From contig CM082580.2 of NCBI GenBank assembly GCA_040954595.2, positions 11,980,909-12,044,908 on the forward strand: a stretch of 64,000 nt of DNA, read 5' to 3'. The notes beneath the pieces are model-generated. The model searched no databases. It was given only the letters and a program-made list of their open reading frames with translations, and was not told the DNA's origin. The DNA is from Balanoglossus misakiensis. Taxonomy: Eukaryota > Animalia > Hemichordata. A program made the translations under genes and the position numbers. Positions 52,101 to 64,000 of the stretch are shown here, one piece after another (the stretch's first letter is position 1; each line of letters opens with the position of its first letter).

Positions 52101-55100
52101 ATTTTTCGGGGGATTTCGAACAAAACTGCCAACCTGTAACAAAGGATAAGCTGTAGTTGTAGTCATCCTGAAGGCCAGTGGTTTTAGGCAAATGCATTGA
52201 GGGATGGTACAGTGAGATACCGCAGGTGCTTATGTCATCAGTAGCGATGAAAATGGAGGATGATGCCTGGACAATCTTAACTTTATGTCCGACAATAACA
52301 GATCCCCGGTCTTCTGTCACTGACGAGACTTGAGCACGAAAGATTTTAATCGTGTTTTGAGCAATTTTATTGAAAATAGAAAAATTACACTTACAAATAC
52401 AAGGTCATCTTTAACGGCTAAGTGGTGGTACATGTACCAGGTGTTCAGACTGGGTAAGTGTGCCTAGCTAGGCACATGTAAAGTAGTTTTGAGCAGCGGG
52501 ATTCTCATTATCATCTACCTTTCAAAATATGCCATTCCTCATCAATCAATCAAGCTCTGAAAAGTTTGTGAATTGTGAAACACTTGTAACAAGGCCTGGA
52601 AAAAAGGACTGACCTATTTTGATGCCGAGTTTTTAATATTGAAAAAGACAGCTGGCATAATGGATTAGGCCAAAGGTTCTTTAGGCCATAGCAATTTAGT
52701 CATACCAGTTCCTAGCCACAAATCACCAGTGCTGTGTACGTGAGTATTCTAATAATTGCAAGATAAGCTTACTTTTTTAAGATGGGATGCACTGTGGCTG
52801 CAGGGAAGACATTTTGATCAGAATTTCAGTCAGAATTTTAAGATTTGACGTGGTAAAACATATTTTTCAGGTAGTAAGTGATTCACTGAAATGAAGATAT
52901 CACAATAGTAGAAACGAAAAACATGTTGTAATGTGCATAATGATCTTTACCCTATAGTAAGACTTTCTCAGTCAAGGCTTTGCACGTGTTGATGGAAGTT
53001 GTATCTGAAGTGCTCAAAGTTTTTACTAAAGATCAGGACAGACTGAAAACTGTTTGTCATTAATGTATGCATGTATCTGTGACAAATGGATGCACCTTTC
53101 GTTTGCCCTCGGGGGATGGAGCGGTCTAAGCCATTCTACCCTAGAGTCACGAAGTAATCCTTGCAGACTTGCTGATAGAATTCAAAAGGAAGTGCGGTTT
53201 GTTTTGTGTAACTTATCTGCTCTGTTATTGGTCAGTTTGTGGAGTGACATCATTATCTATTATTCTCTGATAGTGACAGTTTACATTGATGGCATCAGTT
53301 TCCGTAACAACGTCACTTTCTGCAAATACCAGTGTGGCTACAGATAGAGTTCAGGTTTGACATGGAGACTGTTTGGTCTTGTCTAGAACCTAGCCTTCGA
53401 GGTTTTTTTTTCTCATTTGCTCACTCACTCACATTCGCTCACTCACTCACTCACTTACTCACTCACAGCTTGAGTGAGCAAATGCTTAAAAAAAACTGAA
53501 GGCTAGGGCCGTTCTAGACTGCATAATGTGAATGCTTAACATCCGGCCCCTATTCAGTATAGGTAAAACTTGAGGACGAAAGTCTGTGGGACAGATAAGA
53601 AATGCATACATAACCCTGTGCTGTGGTGTAATGTCTGGGGACAGGTGTTTTTCAAATGGCTTGCATGTCTAAAGCATGAAATATTTACAACAGATTTATG
53701 CTGAATTAGTGAATAGCTTTTGGTCAAACTCTATTCTTATAGTCAGTGACATTTATAAATGTCTGCATTAAACTTGGATTCGTCCCAATGCAATAATAAC
53801 AAATCCTGTACATTTACAATAAGAATATGTCAAATTGCAAAACAGAATACAGTTCACCGACTATCTACAGTCACACTTAACTCTTTCACCCCCAGCTCTC
53901 TCTTGAGAGGTCCAACATTACCAGAGAAAGCAATGGGTTTGGACTGAACCATGGTGGTGAAAGGGTTATTATGCACTGCGTAGCTGGTGCGGTTGAAAGG
54001 AATTTCCTATTCTGACCTCATTGCCAATCAATTGATTGGGTCCGAGTACTACGTGATAAACGCTTTGAACAGCCCACACCCAGCTCAACTACTTTAGCAA
54101 AGTGCTTTTTTGTGGTAATTCAGGGTTCTCCAGTTAAGATGTCAAATGTTTGAAGCAGGAAACCACTAAAGATTACTTGTTGAAGCATTTGCAGAAAACG
54201 TGCAGGTTTCCAAGTTGCGAAGTATATTCTAGTCAGCTGGTAAACCAAATCTGGCATCAGCCTACAGTCATGTAGCACATTCAATTTCATTGCAAAAACT
54301 GGCAAGTTTTATCCATCACGTAGCTATCTATCGTTCCCTTTCACGTCAAATTTCATTCCTGCTACTTTCAACTGTGTCAGAAATACTTATAATGGTGCAT
54401 ATATAAAAGTGATGCAAGTGTTCAGAATGATGTATTCATGTTGTGTGTCGTGTTTAAAGTTAGAAGGGTTTAGACACAGCAGTTTTATGTTAATTTTGCT
54501 TGTCTATAGCGACAGGCAGACACAGTGCAGCAGTGATGTCTGTAAGTGTCAGCTTTCACCAAAGTGTGACTTACAAGGGAATAAGGCTAAGTAAGTGTTT
54601 GCTTTGCAAGCATACAATGTACCGGTATGTGGGCCACTGCTGCTTGTGTTCCCCACCGCACACATAGCACAGATAGTGAACTCAGAACTGTCACCTATTG
54701 TCATATCTTGTAAATCTTGTCATGTTTCTGATAAATCTGCCATCCAGTTGATGGAGTCAGCCAAGCCTAATTTGTCATTTGAGGACAGTGCAGTTTAGTT
54801 TTTTCACTCAGAGTAATTTGTCACACTTTGCCTCACGGCTTACGTGTATATGCATGCAAGTAAAATTTATTTCCCTCAAACATGTCTTTTCATGATTTAT
54901 ATATTTCAAGGAATTGGTTAAGTATTGGATCCATCTGTTTGTGCCATCAATTGCAGTTCTCTCAACAATGCCTGGATTCTAGACATACTGTCTTATGTCC
55001 CAGAAATTTGCAAGATTATGCAATCTTTCATCTTTCTTTCTATAATTAGATAGAATTCCTCAAAGTTCATGTAAGTTGAACTGAGGTATAATGTTTTCAA

Positions 55101-58100
55101 GCAAGTAAATGTGTGATCGCAAAGAGATATACATGTATACTACTATTGGATGTATTGAAGGCATTTAATACAATGTGGCAAGTATTTAATGGTTACAATT
55201 TAATGAGAAAGCTGAACACTGGTAACGTACAATTTGATCCCAGTGATGACTACAGTAACTTTAACACAAGTTGCGTGTTTTACCCACCCTGAAATCTAGA
55301 TGCACAAGGCTCGTAATCTTGTAGTTTATATAGTAGTAGCACATGAAAAATTGGCATCCCATCGCTTTGCTCATCTGAAATATGTGGATAATTCTGTGTT
55401 AACATTGGCACTTACATATCCTGTGTATACATTTCTGTGTGATATGACTATACCTGTGTTTATGTGGGCAGGAAAGAGAGCTATAGATCTAAAGGATCTT
55501 ATGTTTCCAGTATATGCAACAATATCAGATAGTGTACATTCTAGCACGTATTTCTTGTTGCAGAGTTGGTAACGCTTGGCTGGCTTTAGGTTAGAAGTGG
55601 GTCAGATAGAATCTTGGTGCTTTGTATAGGTCGAGTTAATCTATTGGGAATATAACACCTTATGTGCTGTGCAAATCTGTGGGTCCACTTTTAATAGTAG
55701 GGTTCACATCAGAAAAGTAAGAACGGCCCTGTAGAGGTATACTTGATGTTGGTTAGTGGGGTTCAGGCCCCATGTTGAAGTGAAACGTGTGTAATGTCAT
55801 TCTTTCTCATATTATACATCACAGAACTTCTGTGACTTATTGCATTAAACGGCAACAATTTCAGTGATGTTTATTGCCTACAAAGTGGCAAATTGCTTAT
55901 GTCCAGTTCGTAAATCAATCACTGTTTCTCCGGGAAGGAAAATGTCCAAAGCGAAGCTGTGGCATTCACACATCTATAAAAAGTTCAAATGTGTTGACAG
56001 TAACAGTGATCTTTGTAAACAAGTGTCGCTCAAAGTGACACATTGTGTATCGGTATTGCAAGGAATTCGGCAGAGTTGTAGAACTATGACACAACAATCT
56101 AAACTGTTATGTTTTAAGGAATGCAAGCGTTTTCGAATGACCAGTCGTATTTAGTAATAGTGTAAAGGTTATATGGTGACAGATTCTGCAAGTAAAGTGT
56201 GATCTTTTGTTTATTTTATTGTTGTATATGACTAAAGGTGAAGACCGTAATAAAATACTAAAGAATGTTCTGGTCAGATAATCTGAATTCATTATGTTGT
56301 AAATGTATGTACCCCACATGACTGCACATTGGCCAATCTCAACACAGATGAGATGTTTGTTAAATGAAGATGTGTTTACAACCAAATGGGTATAGGAGAA
56401 CCACAAAAGATGGAGATATTAATAACTTAATATTAATAAAAATCATGGTATGATATTAACTTTTTTTTTTCATTTCAATGGCAGGGTTATCATGGTATCA
56501 AGGATGTTGGCATGAAAATCCAGATTCACCACTTCTGTCTTATCAAGTCAGTGACTTGGACTCTTCAAAGCTGACAGCAGTAGACTGTGTGAGATATTGT
56601 TACACAGATTTGTAAGTATAAATTTATATATATATTTCGTAGCCCCTTCTTAAAACAATGGGATTCACATTAGACAGTTTATTTAAGCCCTTTTGTCCAT
56701 TTGTCCATTCATTCATTTATTCATTCGTTCGTTCATTCAACAGTACCGGTAGGTTAAACCAAGTACATGATGTCACTTACTAACCAATGCTTCTATTCTG
56801 ACTAAAATAGTTGTATGTGTTTGGAAAAATAACTGTTCTTTGTCAGTCCATTTATATGATCTCTGGTTGACACCCCCAGGCTAACTTCTCTTTTAGTTCC
56901 CACAATATTAAATTTTAGTGCCTTGACACAGCGTAGTGTTATGTTAGCACTTGTTGAACGTTTGCCAAGACTTGTAGGCTGTTTAGGCAAAAGGCATAGT
57001 AATGGGTTATCCTAAACCTCTCATATGACTGTTTTGGTTGGCATCAGTTATGTTTGTGTAGATTCTGGCCAGGTTATGCAAGTCACCTTGCACGTTCACT
57101 GTACCTGTTGGTAATTTTTTCCCCAAACTGTTCACAATTCAACTGGATCAGTATATCGTGCTTTGCAAAATTGCAAACCTGGATTGACTCGGAGAACTGA
57201 AGAGGCACCAGAGATTCCTAGCCTCTTGTCTTGCACTGCAGCACCGAAACAAAACTCTGTACAAAACAGCTTTAATGCATTGACGGTAGTTATGAAATTC
57301 AATCCAATAACTATACATATCCCCATGTGTCCTGTTGTTTAACATTTGGTGGCAATTAACCACTGGTAAATTTTTAAGTGAGAGTGAAGTCAGTGTGTTG
57401 TGTGGAACAGACGGGCGTACGGTCAGTTGCGGTTACAACATTTGGAGGTGATCCACTTCAAACAATTCAATGGATTCCTAGAGTCGTTGCCTATTAAAGG
57501 GACATGTATGTACCCAGATAGAAGGTGAATAGAGACAATTAACACGCAGAGCTCATCCAAAGCAGAAAACTTTCTAGATGTTGGCAAACTCTGTTATCAG
57601 AAAAATTCCACAAGTGACTTTCCTGCTCAAAACTTCACAATGAAGACCTTGTCAACATAATACTGCACATTCCAGAAAACCGATCTTACCTCAGTGCACG
57701 TTTTCCGTATCAAGTTACGTCAGGTGGAGTTGGTCAGGGGTCAATAAAGGACAGTTCAGTGGGTTTATCCTACATGTATGTCCTCGGAGACCTGAAAAAG
57801 TTTGTTATGCCCTTAAAAAAAGTATGTTCCTGAACCATGCATGTATGTTTTGTTGGGAGAATGCATCTTTTCTTGTTCCGTCAGTGGAAGTGACAGGCCG
57901 AATAGGGGTGCTGTAGAGGGGATGAGGAAGCAAGATTTTACATCATATATAAATTTTTTTAGTTGGCCAGGAAATCTCAAAGCGAGTTTCTGGAGAGTAT
58001 TTCTTGAAAGATCTCAGTTGCGATGACATGAAAGGTGTGTATAAGATTTGACAGGTTAATTTTCTTCTTATTTCACAGCCAAGAGTATGCTGGCATACTG

Positions 58101-61100
58101 AATGGTTCTATATGTTACTGTGGAAGTGAGTACATCCACATAAATTATGGTGCTGCTACAGAAGAAGAGTGTAATGTACCGTGAGTATACTTCAACTGTT
58201 TGCATCAGAAACACAGCTAGCTGCTCTCCTAGAGATTTTATTTCAACTCTTATTCAAGTTATTGTCTTTGTAGACAAAACATCAATTCTCAATCTCCAGT
58301 TATCCACTTCGTATGACCAAAAGTTTGGTCCCAAGATTTTCCAACTCCACAACATCATTGCACTTATGGGTCACATACATGTAGATGTACATCAGACCAG
58401 AGCATAATTTAAACCAAGCAACGTCACTCTTTCCATGCAGGTGTCCTGGAGATGCAAGCTTGCCGTGTGGCGGTGACAGTACCACGAGTATTTATTCAGT
58501 GTATGGTCCGTATATAGAGAAAATTACACTGACTGTACCTAGAGTTTTAGTGCAGGAAAATGACGCTATAGTCGTTGAATTAGGCGTAGATTTAGCTGGT
58601 TATCCTGATTTTCCAATCGGTAAGTACTTTAATTCTGCCAAAGTTTCACTTATAGTTTTGCAACATCGGTTTGACAATGAGATTGCACACAGGGGTTGCT
58701 GTTATAAAAACATTCTATAGACATCTTTAGAATTCTGTAGCCTATTGAATTTCTATAGAAGTTTATAGAACTTCTATGGAACTCTATGAAACATTTACCC
58801 TGTAATTTTAGTTTCTGTTTTTCACTATTTTTGCAGGCGTGCCCGGATACAACTCCAGTCATTTCACAGACATAGATTTTTCGTGGGATGTGGCTGGTAC
58901 AACCAAGCTCAAACAGGCCCCGGTGGAACTTATTTACATGAATGCAACATCAAATGTTGTCCATTCATTTTCATCTGCTGGCACATATACCATTGGTAAG
59001 TGTTAAGAATTACAATTTAACCATCAGTATCCAACCCGTTATTAGAACTAATTTTTAGCCAGCCTATGGTTGCAATAGTGAAATTTTGCAGTCATTGCTG
59101 TACAGGTTTTTGTAAGAAATTACTAGATTGATCTTGTGAGCCTTTTAACAGAGCCTGTGTGCTTTTTGTGATGTAATGCATTGTTGATGCCATTTCCTAG
59201 TGACGATTGTCTGCTTGTACCCATTAGCCAGCAACCATAGCCTTGGTCACTTTGCATCCATTGTCTGACATCTACTCCATCTTTACACCACACTGCATTG
59301 TCAGCTATGTCAATATTTGGAACTAGTCAGAGACAAGGCAGAAATGCAGCCTAGAAGTGATAAACACTTTTGGTTTCATGGGAGAGGCTGCATGGGAGGA
59401 ATAACTTAACAAGTGCTTTTGGCCAATGCATTCTGTGTGGAATCATTTCCAGTAACTACTTTGATATCAGAGTAGGTAGAGTGTCCCAGCTATTGACACC
59501 TGTTAAAAACACAGTACAACCTCCACAGTAGCTGGATGGTCAAGAGTCATTCCATAGAGAGACAATTAGTAAATCACTTTACTGTACATTAAACTGACAA
59601 TATCTGGCATTGATTGAATAACTCTTATCTTTCCTGGGGAACAGCCGCTTACCTATTTGCGTCATGTCACAACCGGTTCAGCAGATCACTAATAATTTAT
59701 AAGAGCTCATCTCCTCATTAGATGTGTCCATAATTTCCAAGTCAATTTATGTCTTAATTCCTTCTTTCCCAGTTCGTGTGCGTATATCTACTTGACGATG
59801 TAATATTTTCTGATTACCAACAGATGTGATCGCCAGTAATCCTATTTCGTCCCTCCAAGCATCTGTCAACGTGACTGTCATACCACCGGTTCCAAGACAT
59901 TTGGAAATAGGCAGATTAGCAGGGTCTGGAAAAATCCCGTCCTGTATTCCGGAGCACAGTGCGATTCCGGAAGATGCGGCGGTCATCTCGGGATTTGTGG
60001 ACACGGAGATCAAATTCCAGGCCAGTGTGGTCTTTGGTGCTAACTTGACTTTTAGTTGGGAATTCAGTGATGATGGGAGCCAGGTCACGGAAACCAATAC
60101 AGGATGTACTGGAATGGTCTGCAGGGAAGATATACAGGTATGCTAATGCAGCAACGATACCTTTACTGTTCCTTATACATTATACAGGGGTGTGGTCGAG
60201 CTCACACTTAGAAATTGACAGGAGGGATCATTTGACCATTTTTGAAGTAGGTAGTTGTTGGTAAGAAAAGGCAAGTACAATGTTGCTGGCTCATTTTACT
60301 GCATGTCTGCCAGTTCTTAACTGCATCCGTGCATATATACATTCAGTACTACTACTTTCAATATGTGAAGACTTTAAAAACTGAAGCAGGATCCATTGAT
60401 AAAGACAGCTTCTGTGTACACCCATAAAATATTATGAGCCGTGTTATCTGTGGAACATCATGAATTACAATAAAAGAAGTTGTAATAAAAGCTGGAAAAT
60501 AAAGTGTATGTGTGGAATTGGGCATATTGACACATCTTGAAACAAGAAATATGTACGATCTCGAAAGTGTGTTGGATTATAAGTCTTGACAAATTATCTC
60601 AGGGGTGAAAGTTGGTCTTCATCAATGGTAATGTTCGGAATATACTATTAATATACAAGGTATTTTGCCCGGGACTGTTTTATGGCTTAGCAAAGTACAG
60701 TAATTGTAAGTAGTTTCATGGTCAGAATGAGACAATACACTGAAGGTGATTTTTATCATGATAGTAGACTTGAATCTTAACTTCATCCTGTGAGCTCTTG
60801 TCCCTCATTCCCAACCTGAAAAGTCGAGTCAGAGTGACCCATATATGCGCTGCTATTCCTGAGTGTTAGGGTTAGTAAATCTTAGAGCAGTTGTACGTCT
60901 ATTTCATGGTGGCGGTAACTTAAAGTCACACTATCATTAATGGATCTCAAGACGAAATGTCAGAGTGTCAGAGTGTCTGCCCTCCGCTGCGATCAGATAC
61001 CCTCTAATTTTACATGGCTGGTGGGCCTGGACATCTGATATCCCTGCCAATTTTCGGTGACATCATTACTCCGGGAAGATAAACTTAACTTACACCCGGC

Positions 61101-64000
61101 CGGAGTGGCTGCGTGGTCCTGGAACCAGTCATGCAGAATCTGCACCCTGGTATAAAAAAGCCCCGGAAGCAAGTTGTGTTTTCACAGGAGAATGTGAAAA
61201 AACAAGATTGGACGTGCGGAAGAAAATCAAAATATTTGCAAAAATCTGTAAAAATGTTGATGTAAATAAAAAGGAGTGATAACAACATTTGTATTAAACT
61301 GCGTGATACGACTTTCCAAGTGATATCGGGAATTCTAATCCAAATATAAAATGAAGCATATTATGGTTGATTGAGTCGAAAAGACAGATTTGACCCAAAC
61401 CAAATTAACAACAAGAAAATGAAGGCCAGCCAAGAAAGCTTTCGTCCTTGAGTGTATCATTATAAACTGTAATGTGCTTGTTCAGCATATCTGGATTTTT
61501 GTAGGAATCACTATGTGGTATGAGTGCAGTGAAGTGTTGAACGTGTCGAGTTTCATGCCACCAATTATCCTGCCATAAAAACGTTCTTTGTCCTCAGTTT
61601 GAAATATTATTGCTTGTAAATTTATTGACTGTGAGATACCAAGTGAGCGCAGTCGTCCATTGAGGTATCCCGCTGCTGAGAAAGAGACCCAGAAGAGAGC
61701 GAGAGAGAGAGAGAGAGAGGGGGGGGGGGATGTGTCTGAGCATCATTTTGTTGAGATTATTAAAATTCATGCAGAGTTATATCTCTTGATATTTTGTTTC
61801 ATTTTTTCCCCAGGCACATTCATTTGCAGAGCTTGGTTTGTACAGTGTAGCCGTTGAAGTCTCCAACAGTCTTGGCAGTGTACATGGACTAGTGTATGTG
61901 GTAGGTATCATTCTCGCTGTGTGATGCTAAATATCAAGAGATTAGATTTAATGAGATATAATCTTTCACAACTGGAGAGTTGCTGAAAATACACCATACC
62001 TCACACAGTATGTTCATCGCTGCTGAAAGTGACTGAAATGATCTTGCTACGAGTAGACAAAGTGCCTAGCTTTGTCCTGAGAATCACTCACAAAAAATCA
62101 ACTTATTTGCTCTAAAATCAATTTGCTGAATCCCGTCATGAGTCTATAGATCAATATGTTGGTTTTCTTTCGATTGACATAGTGAAACATAGACGAGTCA
62201 ATACTCAACTCATTTGCCTTACACATATGGAAGCCCAGTGTAGGTGACCCCCAACAGGAACGAAAATGTTTCTTAATTCTATCCAGTTTTCCGGTTATAC
62301 ATGTTTAAAATTTCAGACAAATTTACTGGCTGGAGTGGGGCAAGATTGCTGTCTCCACTTGGAAATGTAGCACTGATTGATTCTGTCAGATGGTTGTCAA
62401 TGAATTAATCAATGACGTTGTGTTATGCTACGGCATTTTTTTCAAATGACGTCTCGGGGAGGGTAAAGTTACAAATGACTTCATTCACTTATATACACAT
62501 ATATATCTGTCAGAAGTCTGACTATGTGAAAGTATTGATGTGATCTTCTGTGGCTTCAGCATCAAGCTCAAAAGTTGAATATATGATAGCATCCTGAAAA
62601 AGCTTTTTTTTGCTAAAAGAAACTTTCAAAATGATTTTAAATAACCCTGCGAGAGAAACGTAATAAACTCTTGCCCACCATGGACGGGATATGTGTTGCT
62701 GTACAAGGGTCAAAGCGTGTGTGTGCCGTGGCATAACGTGCAGAAATGACAGCTGGGGGACCACTTCGAACATGCTGCTTGTCAGTGATGCTGGAATAAT
62801 TATTTGTAAATTGGCAATACAGTAGTCTGTCTAAATATGGTTCTGAAGCGAAAAGCAGCATGTGAGGTCTTGGAGATTCTGTCTTTTCTGATAATGACCA
62901 GCAACATGCAAAATTCTACCTCGTGCTGATTGCGAATTTTTTTTAAAAAGAACTTTTATCAATCTCTACATCTATTGATGCTTTTGAGTTGAACAAAATA
63001 TTGCTCCAGGGTACAATCCAGAAGTAATGTTTTACAATTCAATTTCAGCTATTTAGGACGACGCCTTCTATGTATACAAAGAGTCCGATTTCTCAAAATT
63101 CCAAAGTTGTTTATAGATAACATTGTATGTGTCGGTACATATGTTATTTGTGTATACGCAAGAAATACAACAAATTACTGAAAACAATGCAGTAACGAAG
63201 ACGATAGGCGTGATGGAGGAGTGACCCCAATTACCACTGTTGACTTCACAGACCTGTAACTTCATATATTGTACTAACATGCCAATCACAGACATTCTTA
63301 TGAATTAAATTAAAACAAAAATGTCAATGCCAATTGCAATGCCAATTGCAAATTGGCAAAATATTTTTGTTCAAGATCAACACAAATACAAACAGTGATT
63401 CTAGATCAACACAAATACAAACAGTGATTCTGAGGCAGAACCAATACGAAAGTGGTCAGTAGAAACTGAATTAGTGAATTATATTGCTTTGTGTTATTTG
63501 CTAAATTTGTACTCTCAGTGATTAATTTGACTTGTTCCGATCAGTTCCATCCGTTGAAATCCCTAGGATATAAAGCTGATAAGCCCAATTTATTTATTTC
63601 TCTGCCAGAATAAAACCGCTTTACATTGGCATGGCACCAAGCTGCAAAACTTCCCATCTTTCACGGCGGCAAAAATGTGCCGGTCGCTTTCAAGTGAAGC
63701 CTGCAAATGTTCAAGACGTCACATGTCAAGCATGCAATGTCCCATAAAAACCAATGTACAGATGTTATGGCTAACATCAATGTTTGGCAAGGCATTCCGT
63801 GTATTCATAATAAATTGTCCTTGTAAAGTTTAGACAGGGGACACCCTGGCTACTGAATTTGCTCACTACAGAAACTGTTATAATTACTCTTTTATGGCAG
63901 TGTATCACGTTTTTTAACAAATTTTCGCTGTCATTAGCTCCAGTTATGTATTGTCATTGAATTTTTCTTTGTTTCAGATTATAGTTGACAAGACTGTGTC
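49112..64000 (+). CDS. Polycystin-1-like (WSC + PKD repeat) surface protein, 5' part; exons 49112-49190, 56485-56611, 58079-58180, 58441-58619, 58837-58995, 59824-60137, 61814-61900, 63978->64000
   Basis: Signal peptide MGLRTAEHAAAVSLVLCLTIVSSLAQG with an in-frame TAG just upstream. WSC domain YQGCW...LTAVDCVRYC...YAGILNGSICYCG...CNVPCPGD...CGG. PKD motifs FSWDVAG...HSFSSAGTYTIDVIASN and FSWEFSDDG...HSFAELGLYSVAVEVSN. All exon phases are consistent. The link from exon 1 across the 7.3 kb intron is inferred from phase match. Confidence 0.8.
50316..50495. mobile_element. PIF/Harbinger-like MITE (about 180 bp) in intron 1 of the PKD-like gene
   Basis: Perfect TIR GGGGAGAACCATTTGATTTCTGGGGG / CCCCCAGAAATCAAATGGTTCTCCCC flanked by TAA on both sides, the 3-bp TSD typical of PIF/Harbinger. 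Confidence 0.8.
53381..53519. repeat. Fold-back element with (CACT)n core
   Basis: GTCTAGAAC-CTAGCCTTC...T-run...CATTTGCTCACTCA-(CACT)n-TGAGTGAGCAAATG...A-run...GAAGGCTAG-GGCC-GTTCTAGAC; nested imperfect inverted repeats. Confidence 0.7.
53877..53969. mobile_element. piggyBac-like MITE (copy 2)
   Basis: TTAA-CTCTTTCACC...AGAGGTCCAA...TTGGACTGAACCAT...GGTGAAAGGG-TTAT, colinear with 36582-36676. Confidence 0.72.
61693..61729 (+). repeat. (GA)n plus poly-G simple repeat, intronic
   Basis: Visible GAGAGA run followed by a G run. Confidence 0.9.
63374..63431 (+). repeat. Perfect 29-bp tandem duplication, intronic
   Basis: AGATCAACACAAATACAAACAGTGATTCT repeated twice. Confidence 0.92.

Noticed and set aside
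52318-52352. CTGACGAG...CGAAA hammerhead-like core (similar partial cores near 28342 and 30829)
   Set aside because: Stems I/II and the NUH cleavage site cannot be formed in the correct register.
58700-58795. Degenerate CTATAGAA-like short repeats resembling a CRISPR-type array
   Set aside because: Irregular intronic minisatellite with no constant repeat-spacer structure, in a eukaryotic context with no cas genes.
1-64000. tRNA, rRNA, snRNA genes and U12-type introns
   Set aside because: None recognised by eye; introns checked were GT-AG with U2-type donors. tRNAscan-SE and Infernal were not run, so small RNAs cannot be excluded.

Overview
AT-rich, intron-rich animal genomic DNA (GT-AG introns, many about 80-500 nt; not prokaryotic). 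Gene content (ST3Gal sialyltransferases, KIF27, NDUFA10, ANKZF1) fits an invertebrate deuterostome such as a hemichordate, echinoderm or lancelet; this is an inference. Nine protein-coding genes can be assembled by hand from splice sites: KIF27-like kinesin-4 (minus, truncated at the left edge), SAP30BP, a signal-peptide/GPI-type sphingomyelinase C with bacterial-type motifs (minus), BET1L, two tandem ST3Gal-type sialyltransferases (minus), NDUFA10, ANKZF1/Vms1 and a type II membrane carboxylesterase. A tenth gene, a WSC+PKD-domain polycystin-1-like gene, runs off the right edge. Several tiny MITEs are visible: piggyBac-like (two copies), Harbinger-like, and a 46-bp element with a 9-bp target duplication. 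There is also a gene-free stretch of about 8 kb. The most interesting item is the bacterial-type sphingomyelinase, a candidate domesticated horizontal transfer, lying next to a Golgi SNARE and duplicated sialyltransferases. All calls come from reading the sequence and remembered family motifs; no database searches were run.
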